A stretch of DNA of 60,397 bases, counting the filler, from Basidiobolus ranarum (lineage: Eukaryota), in assembly GCA_040143965.1 (NCBI GenBank). It is 12 parts of 12 records of this genome, joined end to end, with 100 filler letters (N's around TTAATTAATTAA, not from the genome) between each part and the next. Parts side by side here need not be neighbours in the genome. Positions count along the whole stretch, not along the records: positions 10,107 to 15,054 come from JASJQH010008646.1; positions 15,155 to 20,098 come from JASJQH010008647.1; positions 20,199 to 25,141 come from JASJQH010008648.1; 9 more parts are not named here. One strand, written 5' to 3'. Position numbers and translations under genes: made by a program. Positions 12,330-25,241 of this stretch are shown here, one piece after another (the first letter of the stretch is position 1; each line of letters begins with the position of its first letter). The notes beneath the pieces are model-generated. The model was not told the origin of the DNA. It saw only the letters and a program-made list of their open reading frames with translations, and made no database searches.

Positions 12330-15054
12330 TGCTTTCCAAAATACAAAGTTCCTGATATAATCAGGATTAAAATTATTATGAGATTGCTTATTTTCTCAAG
12401 ACTTCTTAGGATGCAAGAATTCAACAGAATACAAGATTTGTAGTTATCACAAGATTTCAAATTGTTCCACAATTTTCAAAATGCAAGTATTCACTAACAA
12501 AGGAATTGAGCTTATCATGAGATTTCTAAAAATTACAACAATTGTTAGGATATAAGAACTCACCATATAACAAGAATTCAAATGATTCCATGATTTCTAA
12601 TTATCACAAGATTTGCCAAGATGCTGTTAAAGTCAATTGGGAGCATGTTAGAAGTGGTTTGGAGAATTAGAGGAATTGGTGGTTTTAACTTATTGATTTA
12701 TTGAGTAGAATGTTGACATTGATAGTTTTGTCAAGATATAAACAAACCAATGTGTAGGATGTGTTAAGGAAGGTCCCAGGAACATGTGTGCAAAGTTTGG
12801 GGCTTCAAGCAAAAGTTTGAAAAATCTATATATCTGAGCACTTCTAAGTTGGTAAAAATTTTCTAAGTAAGTTCCAATTGAGATTAAGGGATAATATCTC
12901 AGTGAATTATGAGAAAACTAAGAGCTAGGTTATATATGACTATATAGGTATTTAGGCAATGCTAATTTCAATAGATACAAGCATTAACTTTATTGCAAGA
13001 ATTCAAATTATTCCACAATTTCAAATTGATGCAAGAATTGACCTGAACACAACATTTCAAATTATCCCAAGATTTCTAATATCACAAGAATTGTCAGGAT
13101 ACAACATATAACCTGATCACAAAAAATCAAATTAATCCAACATTTCAACCCACCACAAGAGTTGTCTGGATACAAGAATTGACCTGTTCACAAGAATTCA
13201 AATTATACCTAGATATCTAATTATCTCAAGAATAAACTTGATCACAAGAAAGTAAATTATCCCAAGATTTCTACATATTACAAGAGTTGTCTGGATACAA
13301 AAATTGACCTGATGACCAGAGTTAAATGATTGAAATATTTCTACCTTTCACCAGAATTGTCAGGATTCAAGAATGGACCTGATCACATTAATTTAGATTG
13401 TCTCAAGATTTCTGATTTTTATTAGAACTTCCAGTATCCAAGAATTGACCTGATTGCAACAATATAAATAGTTCCAGAGTTTCTAATTAGCACAAGAATT
13501 GACCTGATCCCAAAAATTCAAAAGAACCCAAGATTTTTAGTAATGATAAGAATTGTCAGTATACGCAAATTGACCTGATTGCAAGTTGAAAATTAGTCAA
13601 AGATTTGTACTTATCATAAGAATTGTCAGTAAAGAAAAGTTGCCACAATCACAAGAATTCAAATTATTCCAAGATTTCTAATTATCATGAGAATTTCCAG
13701 TATGCAAGGTTTAACCTGATCACAGAATTTTAATTATCTCAAGATTTCTACTGACCCAAGTATTGCCAAGACACAAGATTTAACCTGACCACAGGAATTC
13801 AAATTATCCCAAGATTTCTACTTATCCCAATAGTTGTCAGATTACAAGAATTAAACTGATCATAGGAATTCAAATTATCCCGAGATTTTAATTTATCCCA
13901 AGAATTGCCAGGATACAAGATTTAAACTGATCACAAAAGTTTCTATTATTGCAAGATTTCTATTTCTTGCAAGAATTGTGAGGCCACATGAATTAACCAG
14001 ATCACAATAATTCAAATTAACCTAAGATTTCTATTAATCAAAAGAATTGTCAGTATACAAGAATTGACCATTTGACAAGAATTCAAATACTCCAAGATTT
14101 CAAATATCACAAGAAATTTCAGTATAAAAGAATTGTTCTGATAACCAAATTTAAATTATCCCAAGATTTCTACCCATCCCAACAGTTTTCAGGATACAAG
14201 ATTTGACCTGATCACAAGAATTCAAATTTTCCCAGATTTCTATTTGTCACAAGAATTGTCCATATACAATAATTGACCTCATCACATGAATGTAAATTTT
14301 TCCAAGTTTTCTATTTATCACAAAAATCTTCAGTGTACTGGAATTGTTCTAATCAAAAGAATTTAAATTTTCCCAAGAGTTCTACCTATCACAGCAATTT
14401 TCAGGATTGTTCTTATCAAAAGAATTTGAATTATTCCAAGATTTCTACCTATCCCAAGAATTGTCTGGATACAAGCTTTGATGTGATCACAAGAATTCAA
14501 ATAATGCAAAGATTGCTAATTATCACAAATATTTTCAGTATACAAGAATTGTTCTGATCACAGGAATCCAAAATATCACAATATTTATAATCAACACAAG
14601 AATTTTCAATATATAAGAATTGTTCTGATCACAACAATTTAAATTATCGCAAGTTTTCTAATTATCCAAGAATTGTCAGCATACAAGATTTGATATCATC
14701 ACAAGAATTCAAATTATCCAAAGATTGCTAATTATCACAAATATTTTCAGTATACAAGATTTGACCTGATCACAAGAATTCAAAATATCCCAAGATTGCT
14801 GATTATCACAAGAATTTTCAGTATACAAGAATTGTTCTGATCACAAGAATTCAAAATATCCCAAGATTTCTATCTATCACAAGAATTGTCAAGATACAAG
14901 ATTTGACATGATCACAAGAATTCAAAATATCCCAAGATTGCTGATTATCACAAGAATTTTCAGTATACAAGAGTTGTTCTGATCACAAGAATTCAAAATA
15001 TCCCAAGATTTCTACCTATCCCAAGAATTGTCAGGATACAAGATTTGACCTGAT
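12330..15054 (+). repeat. Hierarchical tandem satellite: ~18-bp CAAGA monomer, 71-bp unit, 142-bp higher-order repeat
   Basis: Near 14770-15054 the monomers read CAAGAATTCAAAATATCC / CAAGATTGCTGATTATCA / CAAGAATTTTCAGTATA / CAAGAATTGTTCTGATCA (18+18+17+18), alternating with a second 71-bp variant. It decays leftward and runs off the contig end. Confidence 0.92.
12625..12973. mobile_element. Solo Ty1/copia-type LTR (349 bp) inserted in the satellite
   Basis: TGTTAAAG…TTTCAATA termini with flanking 5-bp TSD-like GATGC/GATAC. Same length as, and homologous to, 22190-22538. Confidence 0.8.
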
Positions 15055-15154
15055 NNNNNNNNNNNNNNNNNNNNNNNNNNNNNNNNNNNNNNNNNNNNTT
15101 AATTAATTAANNNNNNNNNNNNNNNNNNNNNNNNNNNNNNNNNNNNNNNNNNNN

Positions 15155-15653
15155 CAAGAGTCAGCTATTTGCTAAGTGTCAGTGCTTTTCAAAATTTCAG
15201 ATGTTTAGCAATTTTTCCACCATTAGGTTGCTGGTAAAGCATATTGATGTTATTGAGTTATGTCTAATCAGTTAAATATGTGCATATGTAGAGACTAAAC
15301 ACAACAAGATTCTTGTATTTTTTCATTCTCATTATGGCTGGAATACAAAGCCTAAAATATCTAAATAAAGGCATGCATAGTAATTTGAATTCCTACAGCA
15401 GTAAACCCAGAAATTTGCTATTTGAAAATAATATTTTGCACAAATTGCTGGATATCAAATAACACATACCAAATCTGAGGATCAATATTTTAACATATAT
15501 GAATATAGTAAAAATACCATCAAGAAACCACCATCACACCATCAAAATCCCTGGCAGAATGCAAGCCACCAGTATTATGACGGTTCTCTTATGGTTTTGC
15601 TATTTTGGAGGGTGGATCCATTCTGATTCAAATCAATTTTATTTATGTTAGGG
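15155..15653 (+). mobile_element. 3' region and 'A' terminus of the CACTA-like element
   Basis: Reverse-complement homolog of 18309-18810. Ends …TTTTATTTATGTTAGGG at 15653. Confidence 0.75.
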
Positions 15654-15949
15654 TGCTTTGATTGTTCAGAGTGCTCTGATGAATTGCTTTGTTGAGTTTT
15701 AAATAATAGTTTTACTATTGCAAAGAAATAGTCTTCTGTTTTGGATCACCTATCTTTACTATCTGTCCTTCAATTTGCTTTGGAGCATATACTAACTTAT
15801 AGTGTGAAGCTGAGTATGTATTGTTCTAGCATATATCCCTAATATATTTCAAATATTTGAATAATTGATGTAATTAAATAAGATCCATGAATTAGACAAT
15901 ATTGAGACAAAACTTCTGAAGAATGTGCAATATCTGACTATGCTCAGAC

Positions 15950-16900
15950 TGTGACATAATGGAACCACCAATTATACATCAATTAGAAAATCCATGTCAT
16001 TTAGCTGAATTCAAAAATATCTGATTTCAGCTATTTTTGGGCAACTTGAGATTTGCCTCTCATGGGATGGATACTGCATAACATTCTTTCATTCTGGCTG
16101 CTTTAGTACATCTTGGGTGTACTTGAACTAACTTCAAGTTACGTATTGTGTAGTTCTATATATCTGATTTCAGTTACATCAGAGTTTACCTATAGACATT
16201 GATCAAAGTTAAAACATCAGCTCACCAAGTTTGCAGGTGAGCTGGATTTGATCTTTGTAAGGTCTGCCAGTCATAGCTAGCAATAATATGGTCATCCATG
16301 TATCAGGCTAATAAAACTAAGCTTTTCTCTTCCGGCTCAAAGTATATACTGAGGTCAGTTTTAATCCTTCACAATTTCAGTAATTGCAAAAAGCAACTAA
16401 ATAGCAAGTCCAAGTTCTTGGAGATTATTCTGGGCCATAATGTACATGCCTGTGTGTGCCAATTTTATAGGTTTTATGGGTTCACCATTCTATATGACTA
16501 GTTGTTATACATCTATGCAGCTAGCTCACCATTTAAAAAAAGATTCTTAATATTTGTTAAATAAATTATCAAGTGAAACTTGGCTGAAATGGCTGACATC
16601 AATCTAATCAAGTCAAACTTTGTCAAAGAAGCCAATGTCTTTGTAATTCTATTCCTGATATTTTAAAATAGCCATCAAGATTTCCAATACATCAGGTAAT
16701 GGTCATTGACAGTATCATTAACAGTCTAGGGTTCATATATTGAAGCTAGGAAGTACAGGCCCAACTCTTGGACTTGTGAGCTTAGAGATGCAACATTTAA
16801 ACAAATTTTTGGTCATATATCTTACTTGAGCTATACATTCAAAGGTTATATTGTGTGCTACAGTAGGCTTTACTCACACCAAGCTTCCCAAGATGTAGAA
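15950..16900 (-). pseudogene. Highly decayed Ty1/copia reverse transcriptase
   Basis: The minus strand gives LVLLA*YMDDHIIAS (YxDD motif, near 16290) and TLASLTKFDLIRLMSAISAK, similar to the copia TFAPVAKFxSIRxLLAIA motif. Confidence 0.6.
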
Positions 16901-17239
16901 TCAATAGCAGAATATACTTGGTATGATTTGTCAAAGGCTTTCTGCATCTATATGTCAACTTTGGTTCTGAAGCATTAACTTCCAAGTTTTCTTTAACATT
17001 AAGCATAATTTTGTACAAACACTTAGTTTTTTATAATAAAGCATAAAACTTTGGTATCATATAGTTTTGCACTGATTTCTTCTTATACAACTATGTCTTA
17101 GAGCCCTTGTACTTGGGGCAGTTTTTCATATGAGTTTTCACAACATGATGAATGTTTGTATACTGTTTTCCAGAGAGTAATAGTATGATATTTTTGAGAA
17201 GTAGACTGTACATTGAGTACAAGCTTGGTGCTCATAGCT

Positions 17240-17462
17240 TATTCAAGTACTTTTCCAGCTTGTCAGAAGTGGTCTGGAATAACATTTAAGTAGGTGGTTT
17301 TCACTCCTTGGTTGATTTAGTTGAAAGTTGAGTTCAATTATATGCCAAGATATAAGCAGACCAATGTGTGGAATAGGTTAATAAAAGTACCAGAGACATG
17401 TGTGCAAAGTTTGGGATATCTAGCACAAGTTTAAGATAACTATATAGCTGAGAACATTGAAG
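17240..17462 (-). mobile_element. Partial copia LTR (same family as 12625-12973), interrupted by an oppositely oriented copy
   Basis: Homologous to 12625-12850. A PBS-like sequence (rc AGCTATGAGCACC) is adjacent at 17227-17239. Confidence 0.6.
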
Positions 17463-18290
17463 TGTTCAAATCACCAGTGCTTCAAAAACTATATAGTTAT
17501 ATACTGCTTTGTACACAGTTTTCACATGTCTAACAAATATAACACCTTTTACTTACATTGGAACTAACTTGTGAAATCTCACCAACTTAGAAGTTGCAGG
17601 ATGTTTAGATTTTGATAGAAGCCTCAAACTTTGCTCATGAATTCCTGTGACCTTCTGTAACTTATTTTACACTTCAGTATGCTTACATCTTGACAAAGTA
17701 TACAAGTGCTCTTTTGACTTAATGAATCAATATCTGAATATCACCTGTTCCTCTAGTTGATAAAACCACTTCAAAGATGCTCCAAAAATTCTTTGGCAGG
17801 TCATCAGCCTCAAGTTCATACTCTCTGTAATGTTAACTTTTCAAAATTCTGAAACTTTTCCCATTTCTCACAAATTAGAAGCATCCAATCATCAAATTTG
17901 CAAGATTAAAATAAACATGCTGCAGCCAAAAAAAAGACTTTGTGACACTGTTGTAGGAGAAAAAATAACACTTAACTAACTGAAACCAAAGCTTTCCTCC
18001 CAATGTGCTCTCAATTTTATTTGACATAATGTTTCATATTTATTACTAATTCAATGTTCAATAAGCAAAACTGTGAAGAAGTTATGGAAGGTTTTGGAAG
18101 ACACTCACCAAATAGGGTCTGTTCCAATTAAGATGCTTCCAAGTAGACATTTCTTTGACTTTAAGATGGAGCCAGGAGAAGATATAGCATTAGTAATTAA
18201 TAAAGTCACTATTTTAGTGAATGAAATACAATGCAATATAGTTCCTACTACTGATCAGGATTTCACATTTACAGACCTGACTAGCTTCTA
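17463..18290 (+). mobile_element. Copia 5' LTR (17463-17798), PBS-like site and decayed gag
   Basis: TGTTCAAA…CTTTGGCA is the reverse complement of the 349-bp LTR family. It is followed by GGTCATCAGCCT (resembles the copia GGTTATGGGCCC PBS) and a gag fragment KLWKVLEDTH…RHFFDFKMEPGEDI…INKV. Confidence 0.7.
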
Positions 18291-18308
18291 CAAGTGTCTC
18301 AGAGTGTA

Positions 18309-19518
18309 CTGTAACAAAAATAAAATCAGTTTGATCCAGATTGTATCCACCCTCCTGTTATGAAAAACCATCTCAGGATCATGACATTATTGATGGCTTG
18401 CTTTTTGCCAGGGATTTTGATAGTCAGATGGTGGCTTCTTGATGATATTTTGACAGTAATCATGCATGGTAGATTATTGATCCTCATGTTGCTATGTGGC
18501 ATTTAATTTCCAATGATTTTTGCAAAAAACTAATTTTGGAACAGCAACTTACTTGGTTACTGCACTGGGAATTTGAATTAATATGCATGCCTTTATTTAG
18601 ATATTTTAGGCTTAGTATTCCAGCCATAATCAGGATCATAAAATATAGGAATCTTGTTGTATTTCATCCTTACATATGCCCATACTTGATTAATTGGACA
18701 TAACTCAACAACGTCATTATGCGTTACCTGCAAACTGATGGTGTTAACATTGCTAAACATCTGAAATATTTAAAAGCACTGACACTTGGCAAATAGCTGA
18801 CTCTTGTTATCATTGACAATGAGAATAGCTCTTAGATTTTGGCAAATTCTTTTAAAAAATTCAGCCTAAATATCCCCATCTTGCAGTCAACACATGTCCT
18901 GCCACAAGTAGATGTGACATTGCTTGAATAGCTTATCTCATGGATAAAACAATAAATTTGTGTATCTAAATCAATCTTGCCAAGAAGTCTGTCTTGCAGC
19001 TTTTCTCAAAATACTTTCTCAATATTACATAAACAAATTAGTCTTAATTATGGAGGTACTTACTCCAAGTCCATGGATTGGGTTTTGTTGCTGTTATTGT
19101 GCTCAAATAAAGCAAAAACCCATGAGCAAATTGAAAAGAGCCCTTTGTTGGATAGTTAATAAAGTCTGGAGTCTCTTTAACCTTTAGAATCACATCCATC
19201 ACTGATTTTGCTCATACATTGTCAATCAGAGAGGCATATGGTAATATTGATAATTTTTCACAGGGCATCATTTTGCCGCAGGTGTGCTCCATTTATGAGC
19301 TCCCAGAATATATAACAGGGGCCCATAATGTCTAAGCATTATGAAAGATGCAGCAGGGAATGTAACAAATACTGGCATACATTTAGTTTATGTTCTTTTA
19401 ACCTGTCATAAAGTTTTCATATCCAATTACAAAACCTTTGCACAGGCACTGTATTGGCCTGAGTTCTGCTGATGTGAGTTGGTGTGATAAGAATATATTA
19501 ATAATGTTTGAAAACAAC
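18309..19518 (-). mobile_element. CACTA-like element: 'A' terminus and transposase C-terminal remnant
   Basis: Degenerate terminus CTGTAACAAAAATAAAATC. The minus strand encodes HSLLHL…GPCYIFWEL… remnants homologous to ORF 20380-20835. Confidence 0.75.
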
Positions 19519-20053
19519 TGTCATGATTCCAATTTTGGCATATTTATCCATGGAAAATGGAGTTTTTCTGTTATTAAGTTATGACAACATATATGCTTTG
19601 CCATCCTTTCTTGGCAATCCTGTGTTAGTTCATTCATGTTTACTTATATGGAAGTAATCTTCTTTAGAATATTCCATGCCACCGGACTAATCATATTATC
19701 CCACAAATAGTTTGTTTCCACCAAGACCTTCCATGGAAGGTCACCAGATCTTTCTTACTTCATCCTCCTTTGTATTGGTCCTTCTAGTCCCCAACACCCC
19801 AATGCTTCAATTTGCCACAGTGTACTCCTTGTTCAGTATATTATGTTTCAACCTACAATATCTATGTAGGGTCCCTGTTTTCCTTGATCAAACTGAGGTC
19901 TGATCAAAGTCAGTTCTCAATAAAGATTCTTGCCAAAGTATCTTCTTTGCGTAGTTTTGGCTTCTCTTGGCTTGTAGTCTATACCTAGGTATCCTCCTGT
20001 TTTCTAGCCTCTTGTCTCTGTTTCTGGTCCTGGTCAAGTTCCTTATTGTGACA
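19519..20053 (+). mobile_element. Ty3/gypsy LTR (535 bp), probably a 5' LTR
   Basis: TGTCA…TGACA termini; reverse-complement homolog of 2426-2958. Followed by GTTGGATCAGA (degenerate tRNA-Met PBS-like). Inserted into CACTA transposase. Confidence 0.7.
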
Positions 20054-20198
20054 GTTGGATCAGAATGCTTACACTTGCCAATAGAACTCTCTCAATCCNN
20101 NNNNNNNNNNNNNNNNNNNNNNNNNNNNNNNNNNNNNNNNNNTTAATTAATTAANNNNNNNNNNNNNNNNNNNNNNNNNNNNNNNNNNNNNNNNNNNN

Positions 20199-20890
20199 GT
20201 TTGAATAGATTACCCCATGGCTAAAACAATAATGCTATGTATCTACATCTATCTCACCAAGAAGTCTGTCTTGCAGCTTTCCTGAAATTACCATCAGATT
20301 ATCACACAAGCAAATTAGTCCAATTATAGAGGTACTTACTCTGTGTCCATGGATTGGGCTTTGTTGCTGTTATTGTGCTCTAACAATACAAAAATTCATG
20401 AGCACATTGAAAAGAGTGCTTTGTTGGCAGATTAATATACTCTGGAGTCTCCTTAACCCATTGCATTACATCCATCACTAATTTTCCTGATACATTGTTA
20501 ATCAGATTAGCGTATGGTAATACTGATGATTTCACATGGAGCATCATTTCACTGCAGGTGCACTCAAATGGGAGCTCCCTGAAAGTATAGCAAGGGCCTA
20601 TAATCCCTAAGCATAGTGAAAGATGCAGCAGGGAATGTATTGAATGCTGGCATAGATTTAGTCTATCTTCTTTAAACCTGTAATAAAGTTTTTCATATAC
20701 AACTACAAAATCTTTGCACAGTGGCTGTATCTGCAAGAGATCTGCCAATGTGAGTTGATGCTGTAAGAATATATTCACAATATCCACAAACAACTCCCAT
20801 TGTTGCCAATACTTATCAGGCAGAAATCTTTTCAAAATTCCACTTGAATATATGCAAATTCACTACTTCCAGTCTTTGCATTTGAATAGC
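20199..20890 (-). pseudogene. CACTA transposase C-terminal fragment
   Basis: ORF 20380-20835: YWQQWELFVDIV…YEKLYYRFKEDRLNLC…IHSLLHL…GPCYTF.ELPFE…KSSVLPYANL. Confidence 0.8.
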
Positions 20891-20899
20891 CTCTAGAAA

Positions 20900-21823
20900 T
20901 GTCTAAGGACTGATAAACCACAATACAATGTCCAGCTTTCTGTTGAATAATATGCTGGTGCCTGATAAAAGAGTATACTGGCTGCAGCATCCTTTGAGAT
21001 TGATCAGATAAAAAGGGTATATCAAATCAAAAGCAACTGTAAACTCAGCCAGCAGGGTCTTGAACAGAGATTTACTAGTAGTGATTTATTCAAGGATATG
21101 AAAAAGTTCCTTGCCTATGCACACAAAGCTAGGGAAAAAATATAAAGTATCAGAAATATAACACCTACCTGTCAGTACTTCCTTTGAGCTGGTCAAGTCC
21201 TTTCTAGTCACACAATAGCCTGTAACTGCCTCTAGTAGTCTCTCTTGAGTTTCCTCTTCAAAGGTCTTGTAAGTAGTGATGAAAATAAGGGGTGACCACA
21301 AGTAGTAATTGTTGGTTGAAAACCAGGATGATATTTATTTGAAAAGATATGGCTCCTATTTATACTTTTCTGAAGGTGGATATGATTACTGATGAGAATT
21401 TTCTGGAACGTTCCAGCGAATTCTATTGGTGGGGATCTGGGGTTATGATATCAGCATAAATATTGAGATTATTAATCTATGGAATGTTCCGGAAGGTTGT
21501 AGAAAAATTCAGAAAGTCATGGAATGTCCCGGCAAATTCAAGTTTTGATTGGTCAAAACTCAATCAATGATCAAATATTCCAAGAATCCTGTGGAAAGTT
21601 CCGGAAGATTGTAAAATTTTCCAGAAAATAATAGGGCTAGAGTGGGTTAATACTGATAAATCTGAAGTAATAAGGGATAATACTAATAGTGTGATATGAT
21701 TGGCTAGAAAATATGGGTAAGTCAAATAGGGATAATAAAATAGAAATTGTGCAATAGTAATGATATGAGCTTGGAGTGGAAATAAGTCAGCTCACCAGTG
21801 GGTAGCAATGCTACCCCGCTACA
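20900..21823. repeat. Dispersed LTR-like repeat (third family), copy 1
   Basis: Strong similarity over ~800 bp to 47968-48778; TGT…ACA-like ends; no coding signal. Confidence 0.6.
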
Positions 21824-22189
21824 CCAGAAAAATATCAAAACCACTAGACCTTGTCATAAACGGTACAATACCCAGAAACATGCATTTCTTATTTTTTGGA
21901 TCAAATTTACAACAATTTTTGTTCAAAATTTTGACATGAGCAATGCATCCAAAGTTCCTCAAATGTTTTACTTCATCTTTAACTTCAAACCAAGCTGGAT
22001 ATAGTTTAGACTTAGACAGACTTCTGGTAAAACTCCTGCTCTTCCATTATATTTCAGTAGCAATAAATTCTGCTCAAAAGTCATGTGATAAGATTTACGC
22101 ATTTATCATGGATCTTGCCTTTTCAATTTTAGCCTTTTTAGCTGCTTCAGCAACTACATTTTGTTTAGGTGAATAGGGGCACTAGTTTC

Positions 22190-22538
22190 TGTTAAAGTAT
22201 TTGGTAGCCTGTTAGTAGCAGTTTGGAGAATCAGATGAATTGGTGGTTTTCACTGATTGATTTATTGAGTAGAAAGTTGACATTTATAGTTTTGTCAAGA
22301 TGTGAGCAAAGAAACATGTAAAATGTGTTAAGGATGGCCCCAGGAACATGTGTGCAAAATTTGGGTCCTCTAGCACAAATTTGAAAAAATCTATATATCT
22401 GAGAACTTCTAAGTTGGTAAAAATATTGCAAGTAAATTCCAATTGAGAATAATGGATAATATCTGAGTGAATGATAAGACAACTACATACAAAGCCATAT
22501 ATGACTATATAGGTGTTTAGGCAATGCCAATTTCCACA
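22190..22538. mobile_element. Copia-type LTR (349 bp)
   Basis: TGTTAAAG…TTTCCACA, homologous to 12625-12973. Confidence 0.75.
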
Positions 22539-22539
22539 A

Positions 22540-23630
22540 TTACAGCAGAGAAATAAGTGTCCTGTTGAAGATCTCCTGTCTTCAATATGTCTTCCCCAAT
22601 TTGCATCTAAATACCCCATCAGACCAAAGTTTGAACCTGAGCATGTGTATTATAGGCACAGATTACAAGTATCTTTGAAATATCTGAAAATCCTCTCAAC
22701 TGCTACAACTTGATCAGAGCTATAAGTTTGAAGATATTGGCATATAGCTCCCACTGTATATGCAATATCTGGCCATGTTCCAACCATAGTATATATCTAA
22801 CTTTCAGCCATGGGTGCTTAAGGTAATTTCTGGCTTTCATTTGAACTCACAAATGTCTGATTTGAGTCATTTTTGGTCTAGTTAAGAAAGTCTTCATTGA
22901 GGTAGATACTGGATTGTATTCTTACTGTTTAAACTTCTATAGAATATCTAGGATACACTTAGACTGGTGTAGAGCTATTATTTTGCTAGTTCCAACTATC
23001 TTAAATTGGATTTCAATATAGTACACCAGCTGACCAACAACAGTCATTTTGAATTTTTCTAATAAGCCGGATTTGGTTTTCTCTGAAGTCTTCAAGTCAA
23101 TGATTGCTACAATTAGATCATCAAGCATAAGGCTAATCAAACCAGGTTTGTCTTATCTGACCTTAAGTAGATACTTTAATTAGCATTACTCTTTTGGAAT
23201 TTGAGTGTTTCCAAAAAAGCATTTACCTTGTTATTCAACGCTCTGGGAGACTATTTTAAACCATAGAGTGTGTTCCAGAGTCTGCAAACTTGTTTAAGTT
23301 TTTCTGGTTCCACAAATCCATCTGGCTGCTCTATATAGATCTCCTCAACAAGCTCATCATTAAAAAGAGCAGTTTAGCATCCATTGGAAGTTTTATAAAC
23401 TGATAATTAGCTGATATTGCTAAAAGCATTCTAATTGATTAAATTTTGCTACAGGGGCAAACATTTCTGTATAATGTATTCCTCAAATTTGGGAATAGTA
23501 CTTGGCTACTAATCAATTCTTGTACCTATCTATATGCCATCAGAGTTGTATTTAACTTTAAGTATCTAGTGCAACCAATTTATTTTCTATTGTCATGTAG
23601 ATAGGTTAGAATATATGTATCTTGATTGCA
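22540..23630 (-). pseudogene. Decayed Ty1/copia RT and start of RNase H
   Basis: GYLDANWGRHIEDRRSSTGHLF, LMLDDLIVA…KFKMT and TWPDIAYTVG; multiple disruptions. Confidence 0.85.
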
Positions 23631-23633
23631 GAT

Positions 23634-25141
23634 CTATTGTCCAATTACCGCAAAATGCTCTGATCCCTGGTTTTGCACATGTAGGCTAATTACTTGGATT
23701 GGGATATCTGACCAGGTTCCGGTCATAGAATATTTCAAACTACTAACTACAGATTGATAAGGGAACATAGGGCTTTCAAACAACATATTTTGAGCCATAT
23801 CTGGCCAATGCTCATCATATGTGATGGGATTTGAGACTAGTTTTGCACCTGGATTTATGTGAGTTGCTACTGGCTTACAATTCTTTAGCCTGTAGCATTG
23901 GAGAATGTATGCGATGTACTTAGATTGATTCAGAGTTACAGATTTGCTTAATATATCCATAAGGATCTGCAGGCCCAAAAAATATGTAAGTTCACCTAAA
24001 TTGGCCATTTTGAATTCAACTCATAGAACTCTTTTGGTGTTCCTGAAAGCTTCATCATTATTGGTAGCTATAATCAGATCATCTGTATATAAGGCAAGTA
24101 TCACCATACTGTCCTTAACTGTCTTGAAGTAGATCCCAAAATCTGCTGTACTCTTTTGGAAATCAAGTGATTCCAAGTATATGTTTATCTTAGTGTACCT
24201 GGCCCAAGCTGATTGTTTAAGTGAATAAAGTGACTTTTGTAGCTTACACACATCCTTAGGGTGCTCAGGATCCACAAAACTATCTGGTTGATCCATGAAT
24301 ATATCCTCTTCCAAGTCCCCATTCAAAAAAGCATTTTGTACATCCATTGGCTGAATTTTCAAGCTGTTCTTTTACTCCTACTGCTATTATGGTTCTGATG
24401 GAATTAAACTTAGCTACAGGAGCAAATGCTTCATTATAGTCAACTCCTTCCACTTGCAAGTATTCTTTAGCTACAAGTATGGCATTATATCTTTCCACAG
24501 ATCCATTGGCTTGCTGTTTAACTTTAAACACCCATATGCATCCAATTGATTTTTGGACAGCAGATTACTTTATCAAAGTCCTAGTTTTTTATTTATGAGT
24601 AACTGATACTCTTGTTCCATTGTAGTGCTCCAAAACTCTTTGTTGGGACTCTCCATAGCATTCTGTACTGATTTGGGTTCATCAGAATAGGCTAAGTTAG
24701 CACTAGGCTCCTTTTGGCCAGTGTGAGGGTAGTTATCAGGCTGAGATCTCATCTGATTGGATCTCCTAAGACAGGAAACTGGCACTACAACTTTGGGTAC
24801 CAATTTAGGGAATGAAATTAATTCAGGCTTGGTTGAGGAAACTGCAGATGAGGCATTTTCAATGTTTTCTTACTGATCAAGATCTGGTGAGAGAAAGCAA
24901 TATTTTCATCAATATTTGGTTGTTTTTCTTGATCATGGATTATTGTGATTGAAAATATGTCTTTTTCAGCAAATTCCCCATCCCTTGACTTGATTAGCCT
25001 CTTACTTTCAGTGTCATATAGTCTGTACCATTTTGTCCCATCACAATATCCCAAAAAAAGACATTTCTAGCTTTTTTGGTCTAATTTTGATCTCTGCTGT
25101 TTAAGAATCATTGCATGAGCAATACTTCCAAAAACTCTGAG
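23634..25141 (-). pseudogene. Second decayed Ty1/copia pol (integrase C-terminus and RT)
   Basis: GYCDGTKWYRLYD…KSRD, EPKSVQNAM, VERYNAILVAK…GVDYNEAFAPVAKFNSIR, MDVQNAFLNGDLEEDIFMDQP and LALYTDDLII. Confidence 0.9.
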
Positions 25142-25241
25142 NNNNNNNNNNNNNNNNNNNNNNNNNNNNNNNNNNNNNNNNNNNNTTAATTAATTAANNN
25201 NNNNNNNNNNNNNNNNNNNNNNNNNNNNNNNNNNNNNNNNN

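Noticed and set aside
14273..14557. 94-aa ORF
   Set aside because: Chance open frame within the satellite; the 71-bp period is not a multiple of three.
12980..15054. CRISPR-like array
   Set aside because: The sequences between CAAGA cores recur periodically rather than being unique spacers; there are no cas genes and the context is eukaryotic.
17240..17798. Foldback/MITE with long terminal inverted repeats
   Set aside because: Better explained as two oppositely oriented copia LTRs, each next to a PBS-like site, one interrupting the other.
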